NCBI GenBank assembly: GCA_963800615.1
Contig: CAWDBO010000037.1
Coordinates: forward strand, 1,152 to 65,151
DNA from: an uncultured Chloroflexia bacterium
GTDB taxonomy: Bacteria; Chloroflexota; Anaerolineae; CG2-30-64-16
Reading direction: 5' to 3'
Length of the DNA: 64,000 bases
Below are positions 29,253 to 37,712 of the stretch, piece after piece (the first letter of the stretch is position 1; every line of letters begins with the position of its first letter). The position numbers were made by a program, and so were the translations under genes. Under the pieces are notes generated by a model. That model had not been told where the DNA came from and did not search any database. It saw only the letters and a list, made by a program, of their open reading frames with translations.

Positions 29253-29749
29253 CGCCCGGCCCATCCGGCCACGTATTGGGCCGTCGACTCGAAAGCCAGC
29301 TCGTCCCAGGGCACCTCGTCCCGGGTGAACCAGCGGGCATCGCTGACGTCGTCGCCCGCCTGGGCCTCGCCCCCGACCGGTTCGGCAAGGTACAACAGCA
29401 GGATGCCGCGCGGCTCCTTCCAGCCCGCCAGGGGCGCGATGCCCTGCAAGCGGAGAACGCGCACCGCCACCCCGGTTTCTTCGGCCACTTCCCGCACCAA
29501 CGCCTGTTCGGGCATCTCGTCCACATCCATGTAGCCGGCCGGCAGCGCCCAGTACCCGATCCGCGGGATCGCCTTCCGCCGCACGAGCAGGATGCGGCTG
29601 CCGTCGTGTACCGCCGCGGCGACCGCCACCTTGGGCTCCACGAAATGGATGAACCCGCAGTAACGGCAGTGCTTCCGCGTGCGGCCGAATTTCTCGCCCT
29701 CGGCCAGCGGCGCGCTGCAGCGTGGGCAGAATCGATAGGTCGCGTCCAT
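29249..29749 (-). CDS. NUDIX hydrolase with N-terminal zinc ribbon
   Basis: CPRC...CRYC zinc ribbon; Nudix box GYWALPAGYMDVDEMPEQALVREVAEETG. Confidence 0.85.
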   Translation of the reverse strand: MDATYRFCPRCSAPLAEGEKFGRTRKHCRYCGFIHFVEPKVAVAAAVHDGSRILLVRRKAIPRIGYWALPAGYMDVDEMPEQALVREVAEETGVAVRVLRLQGIAPLAGWKEPRGILLLYLAEPVGGEAQAGDDVSDARWFTRDEVPWDELAFESTAQYVAGWAGR

Positions 29750-29771
29750 CTTACTCAATGCAGTGTATGGC

Positions 29772-30767
29772 TTAGCTTGCGCGGCCTTCGACGGCCTCAC
29801 GTACTGCCCGTAAATTGGAAAACGGTGCGTTGACCGGCGCGACGCAGCCCGACGACACGATGACCCGCCGGCCGCCCGTCTGTTCGATGGCATCCGACAC
29901 CAGCCCGCGGATTTGCTCCGGGTCCCCCCGCAGCAGGTGCTCCCAGTGCTCCAGCCCGCCGCACACCGCGCCGCGAAAGCGTTCCTTCCCTTCGCCCAGC
30001 GATGGCCCCGACTCGCGGTCGTGCCAGTTCAGCGCCTGCGCGGGATACCGTGCCACGAGGTCGAACATCCCCGCCGGGCCGTGCAGGTGTACCATGTTGA
30101 ACTCGAGGTCGCCCACGGCTTCCAGGAGCCGCCGGTCATACGGCTCTCCGAACTCCCGGTACTCCCCCTCGCTCAGCAAGCCGTAATTCGCCAGCTGTAC
30201 GGCGTAATAGATGCCCGAGATGCCCGTCGCCTTGGCCGCCTCGATGAACCGCAGCGTCGTCTCGACGATGACCTCGAGCCCTGCGACGACCAGCTCGGGT
30301 GACTGCCGCAGGTGTACGATCAGCCGTTCCTGCCCGGCCAGGTTCTTGGCCTGCGCCAGCGGGCTGAAGATGGTCTGGATGAACGGCACTTCGGTCCCCA
30401 CGCCGTCGCGGATGCGCCGCAGGCAGTCGATCTGCCGCGCAAGTGCGCCCCGGCCCGGGTCCTGCGGCGCCAGCCGCGTCCAGCCCTCCGCGTTCGTGAT
30501 CGCGCGCCGGGTATATTCCCGGTTGCCCTCGTCGCCGCCGGTCCACCGGTCCTCCACGCCCCAGTCGACCAGGCAGAAGCTGCTGGCCGGCGACACCTTG
30601 ATGAAGTCCCAGTCCCACGTCTTCTGCCACATCAACGTGGCCGCCGCCAGGTCCGCCGGCCGCTGATCGTCGCCCGGAAAGTGCCGCCACAAGGCCACCG
30701 CCACCCGGTCGACCGGCTGCCCGGCCACGGTCGCCGCCAGCCGCTCGCGCCGCGTCATCTGAGCCAT
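29772..30767 (-). CDS. uroporphyrinogen decarboxylase (URO-D) family protein (second copy)
   Basis: Intact. Start at MAQMTRRERLAATVAGQPVDRV, with URO-D-like fold motifs throughout. Confidence 0.75.
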   Translation of the reverse strand: MAQMTRRERLAATVAGQPVDRVAVALWRHFPGDDQRPADLAAATLMWQKTWDWDFIKVSPASSFCLVDWGVEDRWTGGDEGNREYTRRAITNAEGWTRLAPQDPGRGALARQIDCLRRIRDGVGTEVPFIQTIFSPLAQAKNLAGQERLIVHLRQSPELVVAGLEVIVETTLRFIEAAKATGISGIYYAVQLANYGLLSEGEYREFGEPYDRRLLEAVGDLEFNMVHLHGPAGMFDLVARYPAQALNWHDRESGPSLGEGKERFRGAVCGGLEHWEHLLRGDPEQIRGLVSDAIEQTGGRRVIVSSGCVAPVNAPFSNLRAVREAVEGRAS

Positions 30768-30769
30768 CT

Positions 30770-31630
30770 TCAACCTCCGAACAACAGCCGCCAGAGACGC
30801 GGCCCGAATATCGCGATTCCCACCGCCACGGATGCCAGCGCCGCGATCAACACCGCGCCCGCGCCCGCGTCCTTCGCGAGCTTCGCCATCGGATGATACC
30901 GCTGGACCAGCAGGTCGACCGCGAGTTCGGTAACCGTGTTGATCAGTTCCGCGCTGAGCACCAGGCCGATGCACACGAAGATCACGGCCCATTCGACTGC
31001 CGTGATGCGGAACGCGATGCCGGCGGCGATCACGAGCAGCGCGACGGCCAGCTCCACCCGCATGTTGCGCTGCGTCCGGAAGCCGTGGCTGATCCCCTGC
31101 CACGCGTACACGAAGCTCTTAAGAAGGCGCGCAAGGACCGCATCTTGCCTGGCCCACATATCGGCTTCCTCGTCCGGCTCCGCGTGATCGTACCCGAGAA
31201 GGTGGAGCGTGCCGTGAACGGCAAGGAGCCGCAGTTCGTCGCGCAGCGGGCGGTTCAGCCCGGCGGCCTGCCTCTCGGTGAACGGCAGCGCGATGATGAT
31301 GTCCCCGAGGTAGTCCGCCATTTCGGGCGCCGACACGAAACCGGGTGTGGGGTCTTGCGCCGGGAAGGAGAGGACGTCGGTCGGCCCCTCCGTCTGCCGG
31401 TACTGCCCGTTCAATTCCGCCACCGCCTCGTCGGTCGTGATGACCACGGTCACTTCGCCGCCCCGGCCCTCGGCCTCAAGCGCCGCGCTGACGGCCGCGG
31501 CCAGGTCTGCCGCATCCACCCGGTCCGCGAACTCGTCGTCGACCTGGACGACGATTGGGCCTTCCGCACCGGCGGCTTCGTCCTCAGAAAGCGGATTGGC
31601 TTCCGTTGGTTGCTTCGGGGACAGGCTCAC
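30770..31630 (-). CDS. ybeY: YbeY endoribonuclease fused in frame to DgkA-type lipid kinase
   Basis: HGTLHLLGYDH metal motif in the first about 160 aa, then directly LKSFVYAWQGISHGFRTQRNMRVE plus three TM helices (DgkA/undecaprenol kinase signature), with no stop between. Confidence 0.8.
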   Translation of the reverse strand: MSLSPKQPTEANPLSEDEAAGAEGPIVVQVDDEFADRVDAADLAAAVSAALEAEGRGGEVTVVITTDEAVAELNGQYRQTEGPTDVLSFPAQDPTPGFVSAPEMADYLGDIIIALPFTERQAAGLNRPLRDELRLLAVHGTLHLLGYDHAEPDEEADMWARQDAVLARLLKSFVYAWQGISHGFRTQRNMRVELAVALLVIAAGIAFRITAVEWAVIFVCIGLVLSAELINTVTELAVDLLVQRYHPMAKLAKDAGAGAVLIAALASVAVGIAIFGPRLWRLLFGG

Positions 31631-33853
31631 TGGCCTCCTCCTCAGTTTCGTCGCTCCCGCCGTTTCCCGGCGCTGCCGGGTTCAGCGGGACGTTGGCGCC
31701 CGGCAGATCTGCCGCCGGCAAGCTTGCCGCAGGTGCACCCGAGGCCACGGCCGCGGGCTCGCCCGGATAGGCCACCCGCGGGTGGTGCAGCCCGCGCAGC
31801 ACGTCCACGAAAGCGCGGCGGATGGCTGCCAGGTCCGCCAAAGTCAGCGGGCACTCGTCCATCTGGCCCGACAGGACGCGGTTCTGAATGCTCTCGCCGA
31901 CGATCCGGTCGAGTTCTTCGATCGAGGCCGGGCGCCGCGAGCGCACCGTTGCCTCCGCGCCGTCCGCCAGCATGGTCAGCGCGGTCTCCCGGGTCTGCGG
32001 CTTGGGGCCGGGATACTGGAACTGGGTCTTGTCGACTTTGTCCGCGCTGCCCGCCTGCTGGACCGCCTGGTGGTAGAAATAGGAAACGAGCAGCGTCCCC
32101 TGGTGCTCGGGGATGAAGTCGATGATGCGGCGGGGCAGGCGGTACTTGCGCGCCAGGTCGATGCCGTCTTTCACGTGCGTGACGATGATCTGCGCGCTCG
32201 TATAGGGGTCCAGCCGCGCGTGCGGGTCCGCGCCTTCGGTCCGGTTCTCCACGAAGAAGTACGGGCGAATGGTCTTGCCCACGTCGTGGTAATACGCGCC
32301 GACGCGTGTCAGCAGCGCATCTGCGCCGATGGCCTCAGCCGCCCGCTCGGCCATGTTGCTCACGATCAGCGTGTGGTGATAGGTGCCGGGCGCCTTCAGC
32401 AGCAGCTGGCGCAGCAGCGGGTGGGTCGGGCGCGAGATTTCGAGCAGTTGCAGCGAGGTGGTGATCCCGAAAATCGCCCCGAGCAGGTACAGGCCCACCA
32501 CGGTGACCGTCATCGCGATCAGCGCGTTGCCCACGGCCGCGCCGCTCAGCTCGAGCAGCCCGCGCCAGTCCCACTGGCCGGCGGGAATCCGGAACGCGAG
32601 GACCGCGAACAGGTTCACCACCGCGATGTAGAGCACGCCCCACGCAAAACTCGCCAGCCGCTCGCCCCGGCGCACCTTGAGCATCCCCGCCATGCTGCCC
32701 GCAAATGCGTAGGTCATCACCTCGAGGCTGCCTCCCGTGAGATAACCGATCATGAGCGTGAACAGCGCCGTGGTGACGATCGCCAGCCTCGGGTTCAGCG
32801 CGATAGCGAGGATGATGCTGAGCGCCGCGTACGGGAAGACGTAGGGTGCGACGGTTCGCAGCGGGATCGTGAGCTTCGCGCCAAGCATGAACACCGCGAT
32901 CACCGCGACGAGAAGCAGCACCTCGCTGCCCCGCAGCCACATGTGCGGCTCCATCCGCCACAGGTAGTACAGGAAGATCAGGCCGAGCAAGAGGATGAAA
33001 CCCGCCGCGGCGCCGAACTCGGGCCAGGACCACGTCCGCTGCTGCAAGCCCAGCGCCTGCAGCGCTTCCACGTCCAGCGGGCTGACGATGTCGCCGGCGC
33101 GCAGGATGATCTCGTTCCGCTCGAAGGTCTGGGAAGCCGGCTCGACGGCCTCGCGCGCGTCCCGGCGGCGTTGCTCCGTCCGTTCGGGGTTGAAGAAGCT
33201 GTTGGGGACGAGCAGGTCCTGGACGATCTCGCTGACGATGGCCGCATCCTCGTCGGCCAGGTCCAGCCGCACCCGGGCGGCCACTTTGCGCCGCTCGTCG
33301 GCCAGCGTGTTCTCCCGGATTTCCTCGCGCATCGCGCGCTCGAGCACCGCCGGGACTCTCGCTCGCCACTTTCTCCCAGTTCGCGCCCGGCAGGGTGACG
33401 ATGCGGTTGATCACCGGCTCGGGCAGGTCCAGGCCCTCGATTGACTTGAGTCGCCTTGGCTTTGGCCGCCACGTCCGAGAAGCTGTCCGCGCGGACCGTG
33501 TTCATGTAGTCGATGATCTGGCCCGCCAGCGTCAGCTGCTCCCGGCCGATGCGGGCCTGGGGCGGGTCGTAGACCTCGCCCACAGCATTCGCGGCCATCT
33601 CCCGGCGCTGCTCGGTCTGGATTTGGCTGACATACGTGATCTGCCGCGGCGAGACCACGTCGCGCGGGGCTACGTCGCCGACCCCCAGCGTCACCTGCCC
33701 GCTGAGCGGCAGGCGAACGACGAGGACGAGCGTCACAAACACGATCAGCCCCAGCCACGCGACGATCACCCGGACGCGCGGGCCCCAGGGAATGTCCTCC
33801 CCTTGGAGCGGCCCGTCCGCTCGAATCGCCGAGTCTGCCGTTGTGTCGGCCAT
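31584..33853 (-). CDS. pgpH: 7TM-HD (HDIG) membrane phosphodiesterase PgpH/YqfF family, 2-3 frameshifts around 33350-33450
   Basis: N-terminal TM plus extracellular domain (ORF 32978..33853), a 7TM block, and HD domain GTYHHTLIVSNMAE...AYYHDVGK...PEHQGT. Confidence 0.85.
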
Positions 33854-33869
33854 CGCGACCCTTACGTTT

Positions 33870-34325
33870 CTACTGTCCCGACAGGAGCTCGCGCACCACC
33901 CGGCTGACGACCGAGCCGTCCGCCTGGCCGCGCAGGTCTGCCGTCAGGCGCTTCATCACCTGGCCCATGCCCTTTTGGTCCGTAACGCCGAGCTCCGCGA
34001 TCACTGCCTGCGCCCGCACCCGGATTTCGTCCTCGCTCATCTGCGCGGGCAGGTACTTCTCCAGCACCGCGATCTCGGCTTGCTCCTTCGCCACCAGGTC
34101 CGTGCGGCCGCCCTTGGTGAACTCCTCGACGCTGTCGCGCCGCTGCTTGACCTGCTTCTGCAGGATGCGCAGCACGTCTTCGTCGGTCAGGGTGCGCTGT
34201 TCCGTGCCCGCGACCTTGGCTTCCGTGATGGCGGTCTTGGCCGACCGGATGGCCAGTTTGCGGGTGTTATCGCCCGACCGCATCGCGTCTTTCAAGTCCG
34301 CATCCAGGCGTTCTTCGAGGGTCAT
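33870..34325 (-). CDS. yqeY: GatB/YqeY domain protein
   Basis: Intact 151 aa: LKDAMRSGD, RRDSVEEF, EKYLP, MGQVMK. Confidence 0.85.
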   Translation of the reverse strand: MTLEERLDADLKDAMRSGDNTRKLAIRSAKTAITEAKVAGTEQRTLTDEDVLRILQKQVKQRRDSVEEFTKGGRTDLVAKEQAEIAVLEKYLPAQMSEDEIRVRAQAVIAELGVTDQKGMGQVMKRLTADLRGQADGSVVSRVVRELLSGQ

Positions 34326-34343
34326 GGGTTATTGCTCCTATCC

Positions 34344-35724
34344 CTAAATGACGATGCCGATGAGGTCATCACCGTCGAGGCCGGTCAGGTGGGTTTGAGT
34401 GATCCGGTTGTGCAAGTCAATCCCCGGCAGCGTCGTCGTCCGCACCCGCAGGTAATTATCCGTCAGGCCCGACCAAGTCTCACGCACCTCCAGGAATCCG
34501 CTGACCTCCGGAATCCCGCTGACCTCCGAGGTTTCGAAAACCTCGGAGGTCTTTTCCGCGCCTGATCTCCGCACGCTCTCCCACAAGACCGAACGCACCT
34601 CGCCGACGAACGATGCGCGCACGCCGGCGCCCAGCTCCGCGTCGAGACCCGTCAGAACCTTGACCCGGCGCTTGCGCTCCGCTTCGGAACCTGCCCGCTG
34701 AAACTCGCCGCGGCCGTGCCTTGCCGCGCCGAATAGGGGAAAACGTGCATATGCGCGAAGCCGGCTGCGCGCGTGCGAAGGCCACCGTCTCTTCGAAGTC
34801 GGCCTCCGTTTCGCCAGGAAATCCCACGATCAGGTCGGTGGTGATCGTCACGCCGGGTATCGCCGCCCGCGCGGCATCGACCAGCCGCTCGAAATCCGCA
34901 GCGCGGTTCCGCCGCGCCATGCGCTTGAGCACCGCGTCGCTGCCCGATTGCGCGGGCAGGTGCAGGTGCGGCATGAGCCGGCCGCCGGCCTGCGCCCAAA
35001 GTCGAAGAACCCCGGCTGCAGGTCGAACGGCTCCAGCGACGACAGCCGCAGCCGCGGGATTTCGGTCTCGGCCAGCACCGCGGCGGTTAACTCGCTCAGT
35101 CCCGTTCCCAGGTCCGACCCATACCCCCCCAGGTGGACGCCCGTGAGCACCGCCTCCTGGAACCCTTCTTCGTGGAGTCCCCGGATTTCCGCCACGATCT
35201 CCGCGATCGGCCGGCTGCGCTCTGCCCCCCGCGCCACGGTCACGATGCAGAACGTGCACTTGTTGCGGCACCCGTCCTGCACCTTGATAAACGCCCGCGT
35301 CCGCCGTTCGGAGTTGCGGGGATGAGGGGATGCGGGGATAGGGCCATGCGCTTGGACGTCATCCCCGTAATCCCCTGCCATCCCCGCCGCTTCGTTCTCG
35401 ATAATCGAAGCCAGCTCATCCTTGCGGGTGTTGCCGACGACGAGGGTGACGTTCGGGAGCTTGCCGACGGTCTCGCCTTCGAGCGTGGCGTAGCAGCCGG
35501 TGACGATCAGCTTCGATGCCGGATTGCGTCCGCGCCATCTGCCGCGCCAGCTGGCGGCTCTGCCGGGCCGCCTCGCCGGTCACCGCGCAGCTGTTCAAAA
35601 CACAAAGATCCGCGCCGTGCGCGCTGGGTGTTATCTCGTGACCCGCTTCGGCCAGCTGCCGGCCGAGGGCCGCCATTTCGGCGTAATTCAGCCGGCAGCC
35701 CAATGTTTCCAGGTAAACTCGCAT
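34344..35724 (-). CDS. mtaB: tRNA threonylcarbamoyladenosine methylthiotransferase MtaB-like radical SAM enzyme, at least 4 frameshifts, two repeat insertions
   Basis: [16 protein letters not shown] and NSCAVT (MTTase N domain), [16 protein letters not shown] (radical SAM CxxxCxxC), [18 protein letters not shown], and a TRAM-like end LTDNYLRV. Confidence 0.8.
34498..34551. repeat. P1 palindromic element (plus half-copy) lying in frame in the mtaB TRAM region
   Basis: ccgctgacctccggaatcccgct-GACCTCCGAGGTTTcgaAAACCTCGGAGGTC. It translates as [21 protein letters not shown]. Confidence 0.7.
35316..35387. repeat. GGGGAT/ATCCCC word-hairpin element (family P4) lying in frame in mtaB
   Basis: gcggggatgaggggatgcggggat...atccccgtaatcccctgccatccccgc. 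It translates as [24 protein letters not shown], between the MTTase N domain and the radical SAM core. Confidence 0.6.
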
Positions 35725-35732
35725 AATCGCAA

Positions 35733-35761
35733 AGTATAGCCCAAGCTGAGGTTCGCGGCAA
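35733..35761 (-). promoter_or_regulatory. promoter immediately upstream of mtaB (possible leaderless transcript)
   Basis: TTGCCG, 17-nt spacer, TATACT, with only 8 nt between the -10 and the ATG at 35724. Confidence 0.5.
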
Positions 35762-35775
35762 GGAAGTGGCGCGCG

Positions 35776-36760
35776 TTATGAAATGTAGCCCGCCTCGCGC
35801 AGCCACTTCTCCGTGCGCCGCATGCCTTCTTCGAAGGAGATTCGGGGCTTGTATCCGAGCAGGCGTTTGGCCTTGGCCACGCTGAACTGCGAGGGGTTGA
35901 AGCGGAAGTGCAGCGACCACGGGCCGGCCTGGGGCCGCCCGAGCAGGCGGCGTAACGCCTGTGCCGGCGCGAGCCGTGCCAGTTGTGCCGCGATGCCCGG
36001 GACCGTGGGCAGCGACGTGAGCCCGAGCATGCGGGCATAGGCCAGGTAGAATTCGCGGTAGGTGACCGCCCGGTCGTCCGCAAGGTTGAACGTCTCCCCC
36101 AACGCCTTGTCGCGGTTCAGCGCCAGCACGCAGCCCGTCCACCACGTTCTCGATGTACCCCGGCGTCACGAGCCCCTTGTCCTTCCCCAGCAGCACGAGG
36201 CGGCCCGCCTTGATGTTCTCGATCGGACCGAGGGTCCAGGCCGACCCGCGCGGTCCGTAGGTGGAAGCGGGGCGGATGATGACATAAGGCAGGCCCGATT
36301 CGCGCACCAGCGCCTCCGCCACGATCTTGCTGTCCGGGTAAGCCTGTCCGACGCGCGGCGTCTGGGCGGTCTCGTCGACCAGCGGCGCGCGGTTCCGCCC
36401 GTACACCGCCACGCTGCTGATGTAGACGAACCGGCTCACGCCGCTCGCCTTGCCGCGGCAAGCGCGTTCGCGGTCCCGTCCACGTTGACCTGGTACCCTG
36501 CCTCGCCGCTCAGTTCCGGCCCGCCCGTCCAGGCCGCCGCATGCACGACCGCGCCGCATCCCTCCGCCGCTCGTGCCAGCGCGTCCGGGTCCGCCAGGTC
36601 CGCCTCGACGACCTCGACGCCTTGCTCCCCCAGCCAGCCCGCCGCCTCCGGCCGCCGTGCCGTCCCCCGCACCCCCGCGCCGGCTGCGCACCAGCCGCTC
36701 TGCCAGGTGGCTCGCAATGAATCCGTTCACGCCGGTGATTAAGATGGTTTGATCGGGCAT
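35776..36760 (-). CDS. NAD-dependent epimerase/dehydratase (SDR) family protein, at least 4 frameshifts
   Basis: ILITGVNGFIASHL (GxxGxxG), YISSVAVYG, YPDSK (YxxxK). The C-terminal 117 aa is intact in ORF 35776..36129. Confidence 0.75.
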
Positions 36761-36865
36761 GAAGTCATTCTACCCGTCCCGCCCCGGCGCGCAAAGCGCA
36801 AGGCAGAGCAGCCTTTAGCGCATCTCGCCGGCTTGTGATAGACTCCCGTTCCGGAGAACACCACT

Positions 36866-37705
36866 GTGACAGAACCCACCTGGAAGAAATACCTCACTGA
36901 CTACAACGAAGGCCTCGGCCTCGTCTACGAGCGGTTCGTGCTGAACGACTTCCTGCTCAAGGTCAAGGGCCGGTACGGCTTTGCCAACGTCATCGAGGCG
37001 CCCCTCTACGGCATGGCCGGCGTCAGCGGCATCAACAGCGTCGCGCTCGCGCGCATCAAGACGCCCGTCACCCTGGTGGACGATAACCCGGAGCGACTGG
37101 CGGGCGTGCAGCGCATCTGGGGCGAGCTAGGCCTCCCCGCGCACTTTGCCTGCGTGGATGACTGGTCGAAGCTCCCCTTCCCCGACAACTCATTCGAGTT
37201 CGCATGGAACTGGGCCGCCATCTGGCATCTCCAGGACCCCGCGGCCCTTCTCTCCGAGCTCGTGCGGGTCAGCAACAAGCTCGTCTTCGTCGCGGTGCCC
37301 AACCCCGTTCAGGTGGGCTACCAGGTCCGCAAGCACATCGTCGAGCCCGAGTTCGTGAAGGAGATCGACGAGCGCTGGACGAACATCAAGCTCGTCCGGC
37401 AGACCCTGGAAGGGCTGGGCATCAGGATACTCGAACAGGGCGTGCTCGACACGCCGCCCTGGCCCGATACGGTTATGCCGGCGAGCCAGTTGCTCGGCAA
37501 GCTCGGCATTCGTTCAAGGAAGTTGCAGGGCCGGTTCGAGGGCGAAGGCTGGAAGTGGTCGACCATGGACTACTACCTCGACCGCGACCCCGGCCTGTTC
37601 CCGCGCGTGATGAAGTACGCCTGGCTCGAGCGCTGGCGCTTGCACTGGCGCATGAAACAGATTTGGTCGCACCACCGGTGGGTGCTTGGCTGGAAGTCGA
37701 TCTAG
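36866..37705 (+). CDS. class I SAM-dependent methyltransferase-like protein
   Basis: Intact 279 aa with GTG start. VIEAPLYGMAGVSG and FEFAWNWAAIWHL resemble methyltransferase motifs I and post-II. Family assignment is tentative. Confidence 0.5.
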   Translation: MTEPTWKKYLTDYNEGLGLVYERFVLNDFLLKVKGRYGFANVIEAPLYGMAGVSGINSVALARIKTPVTLVDDNPERLAGVQRIWGELGLPAHFACVDDWSKLPFPDNSFEFAWNWAAIWHLQDPAALLSELVRVSNKLVFVAVPNPVQVGYQVRKHIVEPEFVKEIDERWTNIKLVRQTLEGLGIRILEQGVLDTPPWPDTVMPASQLLGKLGIRSRKLQGRFEGEGWKWSTMDYYLDRDPGLFPRVMKYAWLERWRLHWRMKQIWSHHRWVLGWKSI

Positions 37706-37712
37706 CAGTCGT

